Assembly (NCBI GenBank): GCA_964427985.1
Contig: CAYRWJ010000002.1
Span: 1-43,797 of the forward strand
Direction of reading: 5' to 3'
DNA: 43,797 bases
Source of the DNA: an uncultured Methanosarcinales archaeon
Lineage (GTDB): Archaea; Nanobdellota; Nanobdellia; Woesearchaeales; JABIAG01
Part shown: positions 9,659-17,202 of the stretch, piece after piece
Position numbering within the stretch: position 1 is the stretch's first letter
How the letters are laid out: every line of letters begins with the position of its first letter
Translations under genes and position numbers: made by a program
The notes under the pieces: generated by a model
Database searches by the model: none
Seen by the model: the letters and a program-made list of their open reading frames with translations, nothing else
What the model was told of the DNA's origin: nothing

Positions 9659-10399
9659 TTAATTGTTTTGGGTTTGGGGTTGTTCGTTTCCGTTTTCAAT
9701 TAACTTATTAAGATACCAATCTGGTGTGTCTGAAACCTTTCCTAAGTTTGTAGTACAAGTTTGACCTTGGCCGGTATAAGTTATTTCATTAAAACCTTCA
9801 TCAGTAGGATGAACTCGTACAGAATAACTAAATTTAGAACCTACTGGTGTGCTTAATCTACTTCTCATTGGTTCATTTGAAAGAATAGTGAGAGTTGCAC
9901 CAGGAAATTCAAAACTTTGACCATCTTTTGCAGACATAATTAATGGGTCTAAATAAGTACGCCATGCCCTAAATTTAACATCTAATTGATCATCATAAGA
10001 TATGCGTGGAAAATCTGCCATTGAAGTATATGCGGGAATTAAATGAACTAAAGCGGCCGCACATTCTTTAAAGTTTCCGTTATCTCTGTTATTTTCAACT
10101 TCGTTTTCTAATAAGTTAATTAAGATGTCACTATTTGGTCTAGTTCTTGAATGACTCATTAAACTAGAATAATCTTCTTTAGATAAAGGACATTTAAGCG
10201 GTTTGCCTTTAAAACCCTCGTATTCACGTTGACCATTCCAACATATTGCACCAACTATAGCAACTAATGAAGTTATAATTAAACCTTTTTGCAATCTTTT
10301 TCTACAGCTTTGAGGGTTAATCTCATTACTTTGAGGTGCATTTCTTTCTTTTAGTCTTTCTGGTAAAAAATCAGTCATTTTATATACCTTATTTTTCAT
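9659..10399 (-). CDS. hypothetical membrane-anchored protein (one N-terminal TM, extracytoplasmic domain)
   Basis: 246-aa ORF. TM segment GLIITSLVAIVGAICW after a basic N-terminus. No family recognised. Confidence 0.55.
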   Translation of the reverse strand: MKNKVYKMTDFLPERLKERNAPQSNEINPQSCRKRLQKGLIITSLVAIVGAICWNGQREYEGFKGKPLKCPLSKEDYSSLMSHSRTRPNSDILINLLENEVENNRDNGNFKECAAALVHLIPAYTSMADFPRISYDDQLDVKFRAWRTYLDPLIMSAKDGQSFEFPGATLTILSNEPMRSRLSTPVGSKFSYSVRVHPTDEGFNEITYTGQGQTCTTNLGKVSDTPDWYLNKLIENGNEQPQTQNN

Positions 10400-10404
10400 A
10401 ATTA

Positions 10405-10520
10405 TAAAAAGGTTCCGTGTACAAATGAATGCACACGGAAGTGTTTGAAAGTGGGTTTGCTCGGAAGAAATCGAGTGTGGGGGGATTAGTTCCGAGCCAC
10501 AAGCCTAAACTTGTACCTAT
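10405..10520 (-). other. GC-rich structured element A: candidate 5' leader of the 9659-10399 gene, or a small RNA
   Basis: Hairpin 1 is TTCCGTGT (10413-10420) with ACACGGAA (10433-10440) and a 12-nt loop. Hairpin 2 is GCTCGGAA (10459-10466) with TTCCGAGC (10490-10497), plus inner AATC/GATT. On the minus strand a TATA (complement of 10542-10549) lies about 25 nt upstream of 10520. Hairpin 1 is followed by a T-run (cctttttat) immediately before the ATG at 10399. Confidence 0.35.
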
Positions 10521-10541
10521 TAGTTAGTAGTGAATAAGTAG

Positions 10542-10582
10542 TATATAAATGTTTTGATTTTATGCTACTTTTGAGTGGTTAC
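10542..10582 (-). promoter_or_regulatory. promoter module copy A (BRE/TATA aaaacatttatata on the minus strand plus upstream element)
   Basis: tatataaatgttttg (10542-10556) and tacttttgagtggttac (10566-10582) recur at 12697-12711 and 12722-12738 in the same order and spacing. Confidence 0.45.
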
Positions 10583-10640
10583 AAAAATTAGTTTGTTTAA
10601 TTTAGAAAAGTTTAAATAGTGTGTGTTTTTTATATTTAAT

Positions 10641-11174
10641 ATGGGTTTATCGAGATTACGAAGAAAACTAAATAAATTTAATGGGGTTCTAAGTAGAACG
10701 GCAATGATTGTATTTTTAGCATTTCAAACAAGTATGCTTGCCGCAGAAAAAAAAGTCGAATCAGATTTAAAATCTTCAGATTCAATTGCGTCTATTACAG
10801 ATGATTTAATTGAAGATGGGGACGCTATCGTTGAAACATTAAAATTAAGTTTGGTTTCTTATAAAGAAGATATGCCTCAAGCCATAATGAAACTTTTTAA
10901 ATTAACTGTTAAAAATTTAGATAAGGCTGTTAAAGAATGTACTAAATCTTTAAGGGAAGCAGAAAAAACAGAGGATGTAGAAAAAAAGAAAAAAATACTT
11001 AAAAAAGCTAAAAAAGATTTAGAATATCGTCTTGCGTTTATGAGACGGTTTGATGATATTAGAAAAGATCTGTTTGAAAAAATGGGAAAAGAAAAGGCAT
11101 ATAAAGAATTTGGTATTGAGGGTATAAAAAAAATGATAACCTTTGTTGATGGTCAACTTTCTAAGCTTGAATAA
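10641..11174 (+). CDS. hypothetical secreted or membrane-anchored coiled-coil protein
   Basis: ATG at 10641 lies 22 nt after TATA tttaaata (10611-10618). The ORF-track start at 10623 is a GTG. Hydrophobic N-terminal segment AMIVFLAFQTSMLAA, then a Lys/Glu-rich helical sequence. Confidence 0.6.
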   Translation: MGLSRLRRKLNKFNGVLSRTAMIVFLAFQTSMLAAEKKVESDLKSSDSIASITDDLIEDGDAIVETLKLSLVSYKEDMPQAIMKLFKLTVKNLDKAVKECTKSLREAEKTEDVEKKKKILKKAKKDLEYRLAFMRRFDDIRKDLFEKMGKEKAYKEFGIEGIKKMITFVDGQLSKLE

Positions 11175-11223
11175 GTAAGCTTAAAGTGTAAAATTTATAT
11201 AGTTGTTTTTTTATAAACAAAGT

Positions 11224-11850
11224 ATGGTATCTGTTTTACGAGAATCTATAAGTGTATTAGACGGAATTGGTTTTTTAAATGTATTACTACCGTTTATATT
11301 TGTATATATAATAATTTTTGCTATTCTTGAAAAAACAAGGGTATTAGGGGTAGAAAATGGTAAAGCAAAAAAGAATTTAAATGCAATGGTTGCATTTGTA
11401 ATTGGATTTGTATTTATAGCATCAACTTCACATGTGGATAGTTTACTTCTTTATTTACAAATATTGGGAATGGCATTAGTATTTGTAATGGCATTATTGT
11501 ATGGTCTGGCATCATTTAAAGAAGATAAACACTTTGATATGAAAAACTTTGTTTACGTAATTGTATTGATCTTTGTAATAGTTGCATTCTTTTATGTAAT
11601 GGGATTTCTAAATAATGCAAAATGGGACTTTATATTGGAATTGATATTTAATCCCGTAGTTATTACTGTAGTTTGCTTTTATTTGATAATAATGTTTGTA
11701 ACTGGTGGAAAGAAAAAGAAAAAAGGGGCAGAATCTGGTGGAAGTGAGTCACAAGCAAATTCAAATAAATCCTCTGAACCATTTGAGGTTCCTGGTGCAA
11801 AACATGTTAAAAGAACTACAAGGGAAGAATTGGAATCAAAAAAATCTTAA
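11224..11850 (+). CDS. hypothetical polytopic membrane protein
   Basis: ATG at 11224 lies 22 nt after TATA tttatata (11194-11201). About five hydrophobic helices, and a Lys-rich cytoplasmic tail GGKKKKKG. Confidence 0.6.
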   Translation: MVSVLRESISVLDGIGFLNVLLPFIFVYIIIFAILEKTRVLGVENGKAKKNLNAMVAFVIGFVFIASTSHVDSLLLYLQILGMALVFVMALLYGLASFKEDKHFDMKNFVYVIVLIFVIVAFFYVMGFLNNAKWDFILELIFNPVVITVVCFYLIIMFVTGGKKKKKGAESGGSESQANSNKSSEPFEVPGAKHVKRTTREELESKKS

Positions 11851-12674
11851 GCTGCATCTTCAAATTCATAGGTGTCAACCCAATCAATTTTTTTATCTTC
11901 TTCGTTAATTTCTATAATGTAAAAAGTATCTGGGGCAGAACGCAATCCTGTAATTTCTCCACCAACAACTAATCCTGAATGAAAGTGTCCGCAAAGTACG
12001 TTTGGTTTTTTTTCTTTTACTAATCTTCCCGTGCCTATGCCTGAGGGATTTTTGTTTGTTAAACTTCCTGTGGGGCCTTTATGGGCAACTAAATAATCTA
12101 AATCTTCATTTTTTAATCTTTGATATGTGGGTGATTGTTCAGACATTTCTTCTATTAACTTTGTTATTTCTTCTTTTTTTAAAGTTCTAGGATCTATTCC
12201 TTGTTGTTGAAAAAACATCATTAATTCTTGGTCTGAAATATCGTCTGCTAAATCAACTAAATTATCTGGGTTAATTCCTTTTGGAACTTCGTAAGAATTT
12301 ATTGCCCCTGCAAATTTAACACCATTTATGGTTGCAGATTCTTTATTTAAAAAATGTGCATTTGTTACTGTATCATACATGCTTTTAAAGTCATGGTTTC
12401 CTGGGATTGCATAAGTTTTAACGCCACTTATTGTTGTGTTAAATGTTTGATATGCTTCTTTAGCCTTTTTTTTTATTTCTTCTTGTGCTTCTTCATTTTC
12501 TCCAACTGCATCTTTTTCTATTCCTCTTTGTTCTGCTTGTTTTTCAACAGCAGAATGACAATCAAACCAATCGCCTGCAAAAACAAAATTAAGAGACTGT
12601 GTTTTGGCAGTATTTGCAATAGTTTCTAACTTAGAAACATCTTGATGTAAATCTGAAGCTTGGATTATTCTCAT
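11847..12674 (-). CDS. calcineurin-like metallophosphoesterase
   Basis: 275 aa. Motifs SDLH, GDWFD, GNHD and GHFH in canonical order. TATA (complement of 12697-12704) ends 23 nt upstream of the ATG. Confidence 0.8.
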   Translation of the reverse strand: MRIIQASDLHQDVSKLETIANTAKTQSLNFVFAGDWFDCHSAVEKQAEQRGIEKDAVGENEEAQEEIKKKAKEAYQTFNTTISGVKTYAIPGNHDFKSMYDTVTNAHFLNKESATINGVKFAGAINSYEVPKGINPDNLVDLADDISDQELMMFFQQQGIDPRTLKKEEITKLIEEMSEQSPTYQRLKNEDLDYLVAHKGPTGSLTNKNPSGIGTGRLVKEKKPNVLCGHFHSGLVVGGEITGLRSAPDTFYIIEINEEDKKIDWVDTYEFEDAA

Positions 12675-12696
12675 AGCTAAAGAAACGCAGAACTCA

Positions 12697-12738
12697 TATA
12701 TAAATGTTTTGTTTGTGTTGTTACTTTTGAGTAGTCAC
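12697..12738 (-). promoter_or_regulatory. promoter module copy B, driving the metallophosphoesterase gene
   Basis: Same two blocks as copy A (15/15 and 15/17 identical positions). The TATA is correctly spaced from the ATG at 12674. Confidence 0.55.
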
Positions 12739-12751
12739 CCAGCTATTTGTT

Positions 12752-12787
12752 TTAAGTAGCATAACGTAAAATAGCAGCGACTTTACG
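12752..12787 (-). repeat. pseudo-copy of the last 11 codons plus stop of aRF1
   Basis: ttaagtagcataacgtaaaatagcagcgactttacg matches 12860-12895 (ttaagcagcataacgtaaaatcgcagcgactttacc) at 33 of 36 positions, offset 108 nt. It would read RKVAAILRYAT-stop against the genuine GKVAAILRYAA-stop. Confidence 0.8.
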
Positions 12788-12851
12788 CAACTACGTTTTC
12801 GTAAGTAGCACCCAAAGTGGGTTTCCCTCATTTTGTTCGATCAAGCCCACA
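12782..12851 (-). other. structured element B, related to element A, between the aRF1 stop and the pseudo 3' end
   Basis: Hairpin TTACG/CGTAA (12783-12787 with 12800-12804, 12-nt loop). Then the shared 11-mer aaagtgggttt (12814-12824; the same 11-mer is at 10448-10458). Then stem GTGGGT/GCCCAC (12817-12822 with 12845-12850). Confidence 0.35.
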
Positions 12852-12859
12852 TAAAAACT

Positions 12860-13954
12860 TTAAGCAGCATAACGTAAAATCGCAGCGACTTTACCTATGT
12901 CTCTTAATTGTGCGCCCTCTCTAGTCTCAGTAGAAATAATCCTGATTTCACTAGACGTCTTTTCTGCTTCTGCTTCAAATTTATCGATTAAATCATCATC
13001 TAAGTCTTCAGAAATCAAAATTGTTTCAACAGCACCCATTTTAAGTTTTTCAAGAACATCATTTTCACCATAAGAAGTCTTTTCAGGTTCTTTAGCAAGA
13101 ATAGTGAAAAACTTTTGCATAATCTTTTTTTCATCAACGATTTCTTCAGCAGCAAGTACATCTTCAGACTTGTCTAATAATTCTTGTAATCCAAACTCAT
13201 CAGTATAACCCAAATCTTTAATAGTAATAATCTTCTTTTTAACCTCATTAGTAATATAATTACCCTCAACAAAAGTATATTTAGTAGGACCTGGCCCCCC
13301 AACAAGAATACCTTTAAGATTTTTTAAATGAAGAAACTGTTCTTTAACATATTCTCCAACTTTATTATAATGATCTTTAGCAGCCCCATCTCTCAAACGA
13401 GCAAATCTTTGTGCACTTTGTCCTCCCGCACGGAACTTTCCAGGAACTTCAGAATGAGTTTTCATTAAAGGAACAATAGTTTTTCCTTTTAACAAAGCAA
13501 TAGTAGCATCTCTCCTATCCATAACAATCATACCATATACTTCCTTAATCTCTAACTGTTCAATTAAGGGTTTAAGAACGAAAGTTTTATCACATCTATA
13601 AATTTTTGTTTTTAATGGATTTGGAGGCTCAATACCCCATACTTGTAAATCTTGTTGACCTTCTTTTTTAGAAATATTACCTGAAAAAGCAGCCAATCCA
13701 TGTTCGGGAGTTTTTTTGTATAATTTTAAATGTTGAAGCATACGTTCTAAAGCATCAATAACATTTTTTCTATTAGTAGCAGATTTAATATTGGTTGCAG
13801 TTCCTTGTTCTTGAGATAATTGATGATTGATTTTATTGATATCATACCCTGCAGGAATGTAAACTGAAACAAGTTCAGTATGCCTACCCCTATATGAACC
13901 TAATTCTTTTATAAGTTTCTTTAACTTATGTTTTTGTTGAGCATCAATTGCCAT
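12860..13954 (-). CDS. prf1: peptide chain release factor aRF1
   Basis: 364 aa. NIKS stop-codon recognition motif (TATNIKSATNRKN), GGQ motif (RAGGQSAQRFARLR), and a typical C-terminus AAILRYAA. Confidence 0.93.
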   Translation of the reverse strand: MAIDAQQKHKLKKLIKELGSYRGRHTELVSVYIPAGYDINKINHQLSQEQGTATNIKSATNRKNVIDALERMLQHLKLYKKTPEHGLAAFSGNISKKEGQQDLQVWGIEPPNPLKTKIYRCDKTFVLKPLIEQLEIKEVYGMIVMDRRDATIALLKGKTIVPLMKTHSEVPGKFRAGGQSAQRFARLRDGAAKDHYNKVGEYVKEQFLHLKNLKGILVGGPGPTKYTFVEGNYITNEVKKKIITIKDLGYTDEFGLQELLDKSEDVLAAEEIVDEKKIMQKFFTILAKEPEKTSYGENDVLEKLKMGAVETILISEDLDDDLIDKFEAEAEKTSSEIRIISTETREGAQLRDIGKVAAILRYAA

Positions 13955-13992
13955 AATAATAAGTGTAAGAAATAAGTTTATAAACGTTGTGG

Positions 13993-14955
13993 TTAAAGAT
14001 TAATCAGGTTATATTTTAAACTACCAATCCCTAATTTTTCAGCATATTCTAATTGAATTAATGGATTTCCCTTACAAAATTCGTCAAAAATATTCTTTTT
14101 TGCTTTTTCAATGCATAAATCATAACAAGCTTTATCCAAAGCAACAGGATCAGAAGAAGCTAAAAAACCAATATCGTTAATAACGGGTTTCATCTCTTTT
14201 CCTAAACAATCACAATTTTCAGTTACATCAACAACTAGGTTAATGAAAAAACTTTTTTTATTTTTTAACACCCCTTTACAATACTCAACAATCTTTTCTT
14301 GAACCTCTTTTGAAGCTCCCCAATCAGTAACATTCATAGCACCAATTGGACAAACTGCAATACATTTAGCACAACCAATACAGTCTTTAGAAACTAAAGC
14401 TTTACCATTAATTGAAATAGCATTAACCGGACATTCATTCTTACAAATACCACAAGCAGTGCAAGAATCATTAGCGGAAGGTTTAGAACCAGAATGCAAT
14501 TGCAACTTTCCTTTTCTAGAAGCCAAACCCATCCCGATATTCTTTAAAGAACCACCAAATCCTGTAAGTCCATGGCCCTTAAAATGAGAAACAAAAAGAA
14601 GAGAATCATAATTTTCTAAACCTTTTCCAAGAAAAGCACTTTTAAAATGTTTCAAATTAATTGGAACTTCAAAATCACCCTCTAAAATATCAATATCTGC
14701 AAAATCAAAACCATGATCTAAAGCAACTTTTTTATGGGATTCAGTTTCAGTTCTTGGGCTTTTATACAAAACATTAGTTTCAATTAAAGTTCCATTAACT
14801 TTATTGCAGAATAATTCAACAATTTTTGGATTAGGAAACGTTTTATTTCCTGGTTCACCAAAATGAGTTTTAACCCCTACTTTGCCTTCCAGTTTAATTA
14901 AATCAAAAAATTTAGATAAATCTTCTTGATTCTTAACAAAATAAACATTTGACAT
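13993..14955 (-). CDS. DUF362-type protein with a 2x[4Fe-4S] ferredoxin insert
   Basis: Two CxxCxxCxxxCP motifs (CTACGICKNECP, CIGCAKCIAVCP). Probable start is ATG at 14955 (MSNVYFVKNQ) rather than the track's upstream non-ATG start. A TATA lies about 26 nt upstream. Confidence 0.75.
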   Translation of the reverse strand: MSNVYFVKNQEDLSKFFDLIKLEGKVGVKTHFGEPGNKTFPNPKIVELFCNKVNGTLIETNVLYKSPRTETESHKKVALDHGFDFADIDILEGDFEVPINLKHFKSAFLGKGLENYDSLLFVSHFKGHGLTGFGGSLKNIGMGLASRKGKLQLHSGSKPSANDSCTACGICKNECPVNAISINGKALVSKDCIGCAKCIAVCPIGAMNVTDWGASKEVQEKIVEYCKGVLKNKKSFFINLVVDVTENCDCLGKEMKPVINDIGFLASSDPVALDKACYDLCIEKAKKNIFDEFCKGNPLIQLEYAEKLGIGSLKYNLINL

Positions 14956-15061
14956 AATAAAAAGAAATAAATAATTGTTTATAAAAGTTTGTAAATTAAA
15001 CAAAAACTAAATATTTTTTTATTCTATAAATATTTATAAACTATCTTTAAGGAGAATGCAC

Positions 15062-15594
15062 ATGATTGGAACAAAAGAACTTCTTAGATTAGTAAAAGAA
15101 TGTAACTTAGTAGAAGGATTATGTGAACGAGAATTAAATAATCCAGAAGGTGCAGGATTTGATCTAAGAGTGGAGAGGTATTTCAGATTAAAAAAGGAGA
15201 GGCATTTCTAGGTGTGGTTGATCGAAGTACTCCAGAAGTAAAATCAATAGCAAAATATGGGAAAGAAAAAGGAATTGTACTAAAACCAGGAGATTATGTA
15301 TTAGTAAAAACCATAGAAACAGTAAACTTTCCAAATAATATTTCTTCAATATGTAGTCCCCGTACAACCCTACAAAGAAGCGGAGTGATGTTAATTACTG
15401 GAGCAACAGATCCAGGATATTGTGGAGAGTTAACTTTTGCAATGTGCAATATGGGAAAGTGCGACTTTAAATTAGAGATGGGAGCACGAATAGTAAGAAT
15501 GTTATTTTTTGAGGTGAGTGAGGTAGTTTCACAATATCGTGGACAATGGCAAGGTGGAAGAGTAACAACAAAAGGAAAGGAGAAACAAGTATGA
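15062..15594 (+). pseudogene. dCTP deaminase/dUTPase-family gene interrupted by a -1 frameshift in an A6 run (error, pseudogene, or recoding)
   Basis: Frame 0 runs from ATG 15062 (SD ggag at 15051-15054) and reads MIGTKELL...GAGFDLRVERYFRLKK, then stops at 15209-15211. The -1 frame continues KKGEAFLGVVDRSTPEV...GATDPGYCGELTFAM...RIVRMLFFEV (dUTPase-superfamily motif 3). The frames overlap at a aaa aag (15190-15196). Confidence 0.65.
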
Positions 15595-16805
15595 AATTTG
15601 CACATTTGGCAGACTGCCACATCGGGGGATGGAGAGACGAAAAATTAAAAGATTTAAATCTCAAAGCGTTTACCACTTCAATAGATAAATGCATAGAAAA
15701 AAAAGTAGATTTTATTCTAATAAGTGGAGATTTGTTCAATACTTCTCTACCTGGAATAGATAAATTAAAAGTATGCGTAAAATATTTAAGAAAATTACGA
15801 AATCAACAAATCCCTGTTTATATTATAGCAGGGAGTCATGATTTTTCACCATCAGGTAAAACAATGCTCGATGTATTAGAAGAAGCAGAACTTGTTAAAA
15901 ATGTAGTTAAAGGAAAAGTAGTGGAAGACAAATTAAAACTAAATTTTACAATAGATCCAAAAACTAACGTAAAAATAACTGGTATGTTGGGAAAGAAAGG
16001 AATGCTTGAAAAAACATATTATGAAAGTTTAGAAACAAACAGTTTAGAACAAGAAGACGGATTTAAAATATTCATGTTTCATACAGCAATAACAGAATTA
16101 AAAACAAAAGAGTTTGAAAATATGGATTCAACACCCATATCTTTACTTCCAAAAGGATTTAATTATTATGCAGGAGGACATGTCCACATAGTAAACAAAT
16201 TTCATTTTGATGATTACAATCACGTAGTTTATCCCGGACCAACATTTCCAAACAATTTTGCAGAACTAGAGAAATTAAAAAATGGTGGTTTTTATATTTA
16301 TGAAGATGGGGTAATTTCATACGAACCAATTTCTGTATGTAAAGTACATTGTATGAAAAAAGATTGTACAAATAAAACACCTGAAGAAATTGAAGCAGAA
16401 CTAATCGAAGATATTAAAGGAAAAACATTTGATAATACCATAATATTAATTAGATTGCTAGGCATATTAAAAACTGGAAAACCTTCTGATGTGAACATTA
16501 ACAAAATAATTAAATTATTATATGATCAATCAGCATTATTTGTAATGAAAAATACTAACAAATTAGAAAGCAAAGAATTTGAAGAAATAAAAGTGCAAGA
16601 AAGTTCAGTAGAAAAAGTTGAAAGTAAATTAATTAAAGAACATTTAGGACAGAATATTGGATTGGGATTAGATATAATAAAAGAAGAAGAATTAACTCAA
16701 AACTTAATTAACGTATTATCTGAAGAAAAACAAGAAGGTGAAAAAGTCTACGAATTTGAAGAAAGAGTAAAGAAAAATGCAAGAAAAATAGTTGAAAAAA
16801 TTTAA
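15591..16805 (+). CDS. mre11: Mre11/SbcD-like DNA repair metallophosphoesterase
   Basis: ATG 15591 overlaps the upstream stop (ATGA). MKFAHLADCHIGGW (motif I), ISGDLFN (II), IIAGSHDF (III) and GGHVH (V). No rad50-like gene follows. Confidence 0.8.
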   Translation: MKFAHLADCHIGGWRDEKLKDLNLKAFTTSIDKCIEKKVDFILISGDLFNTSLPGIDKLKVCVKYLRKLRNQQIPVYIIAGSHDFSPSGKTMLDVLEEAELVKNVVKGKVVEDKLKLNFTIDPKTNVKITGMLGKKGMLEKTYYESLETNSLEQEDGFKIFMFHTAITELKTKEFENMDSTPISLLPKGFNYYAGGHVHIVNKFHFDDYNHVVYPGPTFPNNFAELEKLKNGGFYIYEDGVISYEPISVCKVHCMKKDCTNKTPEEIEAELIEDIKGKTFDNTIILIRLLGILKTGKPSDVNINKIIKLLYDQSALFVMKNTNKLESKEFEEIKVQESSVEKVESKLIKEHLGQNIGLGLDIIKEEELTQNLINVLSEEKQEGEKVYEFEERVKKNARKIVEKI

Positions 16806-17071
16806 GATAAATTTCTTAATCTTTCACTTTCAAGAAACAAAAAAACTTCAGTAGCTTTTGCAACTTCGGCATCAATATTTATAGTGTGATGTATGTGTTG
16901 TACTCTTGCAATGTTAACAAAAGTATCTAACATTAATTTTCGCATTGTTTCATCAGGTCCAATTACTGCAATTCCAAAATTATAATCTTTATCTCCTTGG
17001 TTAATACATCTTCCAGTAATTAAAGTATATTCGCCTTGACCTCTCCAAACCGTGTAAGTCATAGCTTCCAT
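16802..17071 (-). CDS. hypothetical protein
   Basis: 89-aa ORF, no motif recognised. Its 3' end overlaps the mre11 stop by 4 nt. Coding status is uncertain. Confidence 0.4.
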   Translation of the reverse strand: MEAMTYTVWRGQGEYTLITGRCINQGDKDYNFGIAVIGPDETMRKLMLDTFVNIARVQHIHHTINIDAEVAKATEVFLFLESERLRNLS

Positions 17072-17202
17072 TTCTTTTACTCTAGTTAAAAGAGGGGTAA
17101 ATCCTCTAATATCTTTGAACCACCTCTAAAAGAGGTTTATCTACTATCCCCAGCATGCAATTCACTATCACAATATAGAAAAGGAGCAATTCTTTAAAAA
17201 CT

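Noticed and set aside
10405-10520. tRNA, split-tRNA half, C/D-box or H/ACA sRNA in the GC-rich spacer
   Set aside because: No cloverleaf can be drawn and there is no GTTCRAATC T-loop. There are no RUGAUGA/CUGA boxes. The 39-nt hairpin is too short for an H/ACA pocket, even though an ACA follows it.
7659-12895. The gene-terminus duplicates (thrS, aRF1) as template/variable repeats of a diversity-generating retroelement
   Set aside because: No reverse transcriptase is nearby. The repeats are only 29-36 nt. The mismatches (t/c, a/c, g/c) are not adenine-specific.
15294-15739. Minus-strand ORFs (15294-15620, 15467-15739) across the dcd-like/mre11 junction
   Set aside because: They are antisense to ORFs with clear family motifs. 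They are Cys/Phe/Leu-rich shadow frames typical of AT-rich coding DNA.
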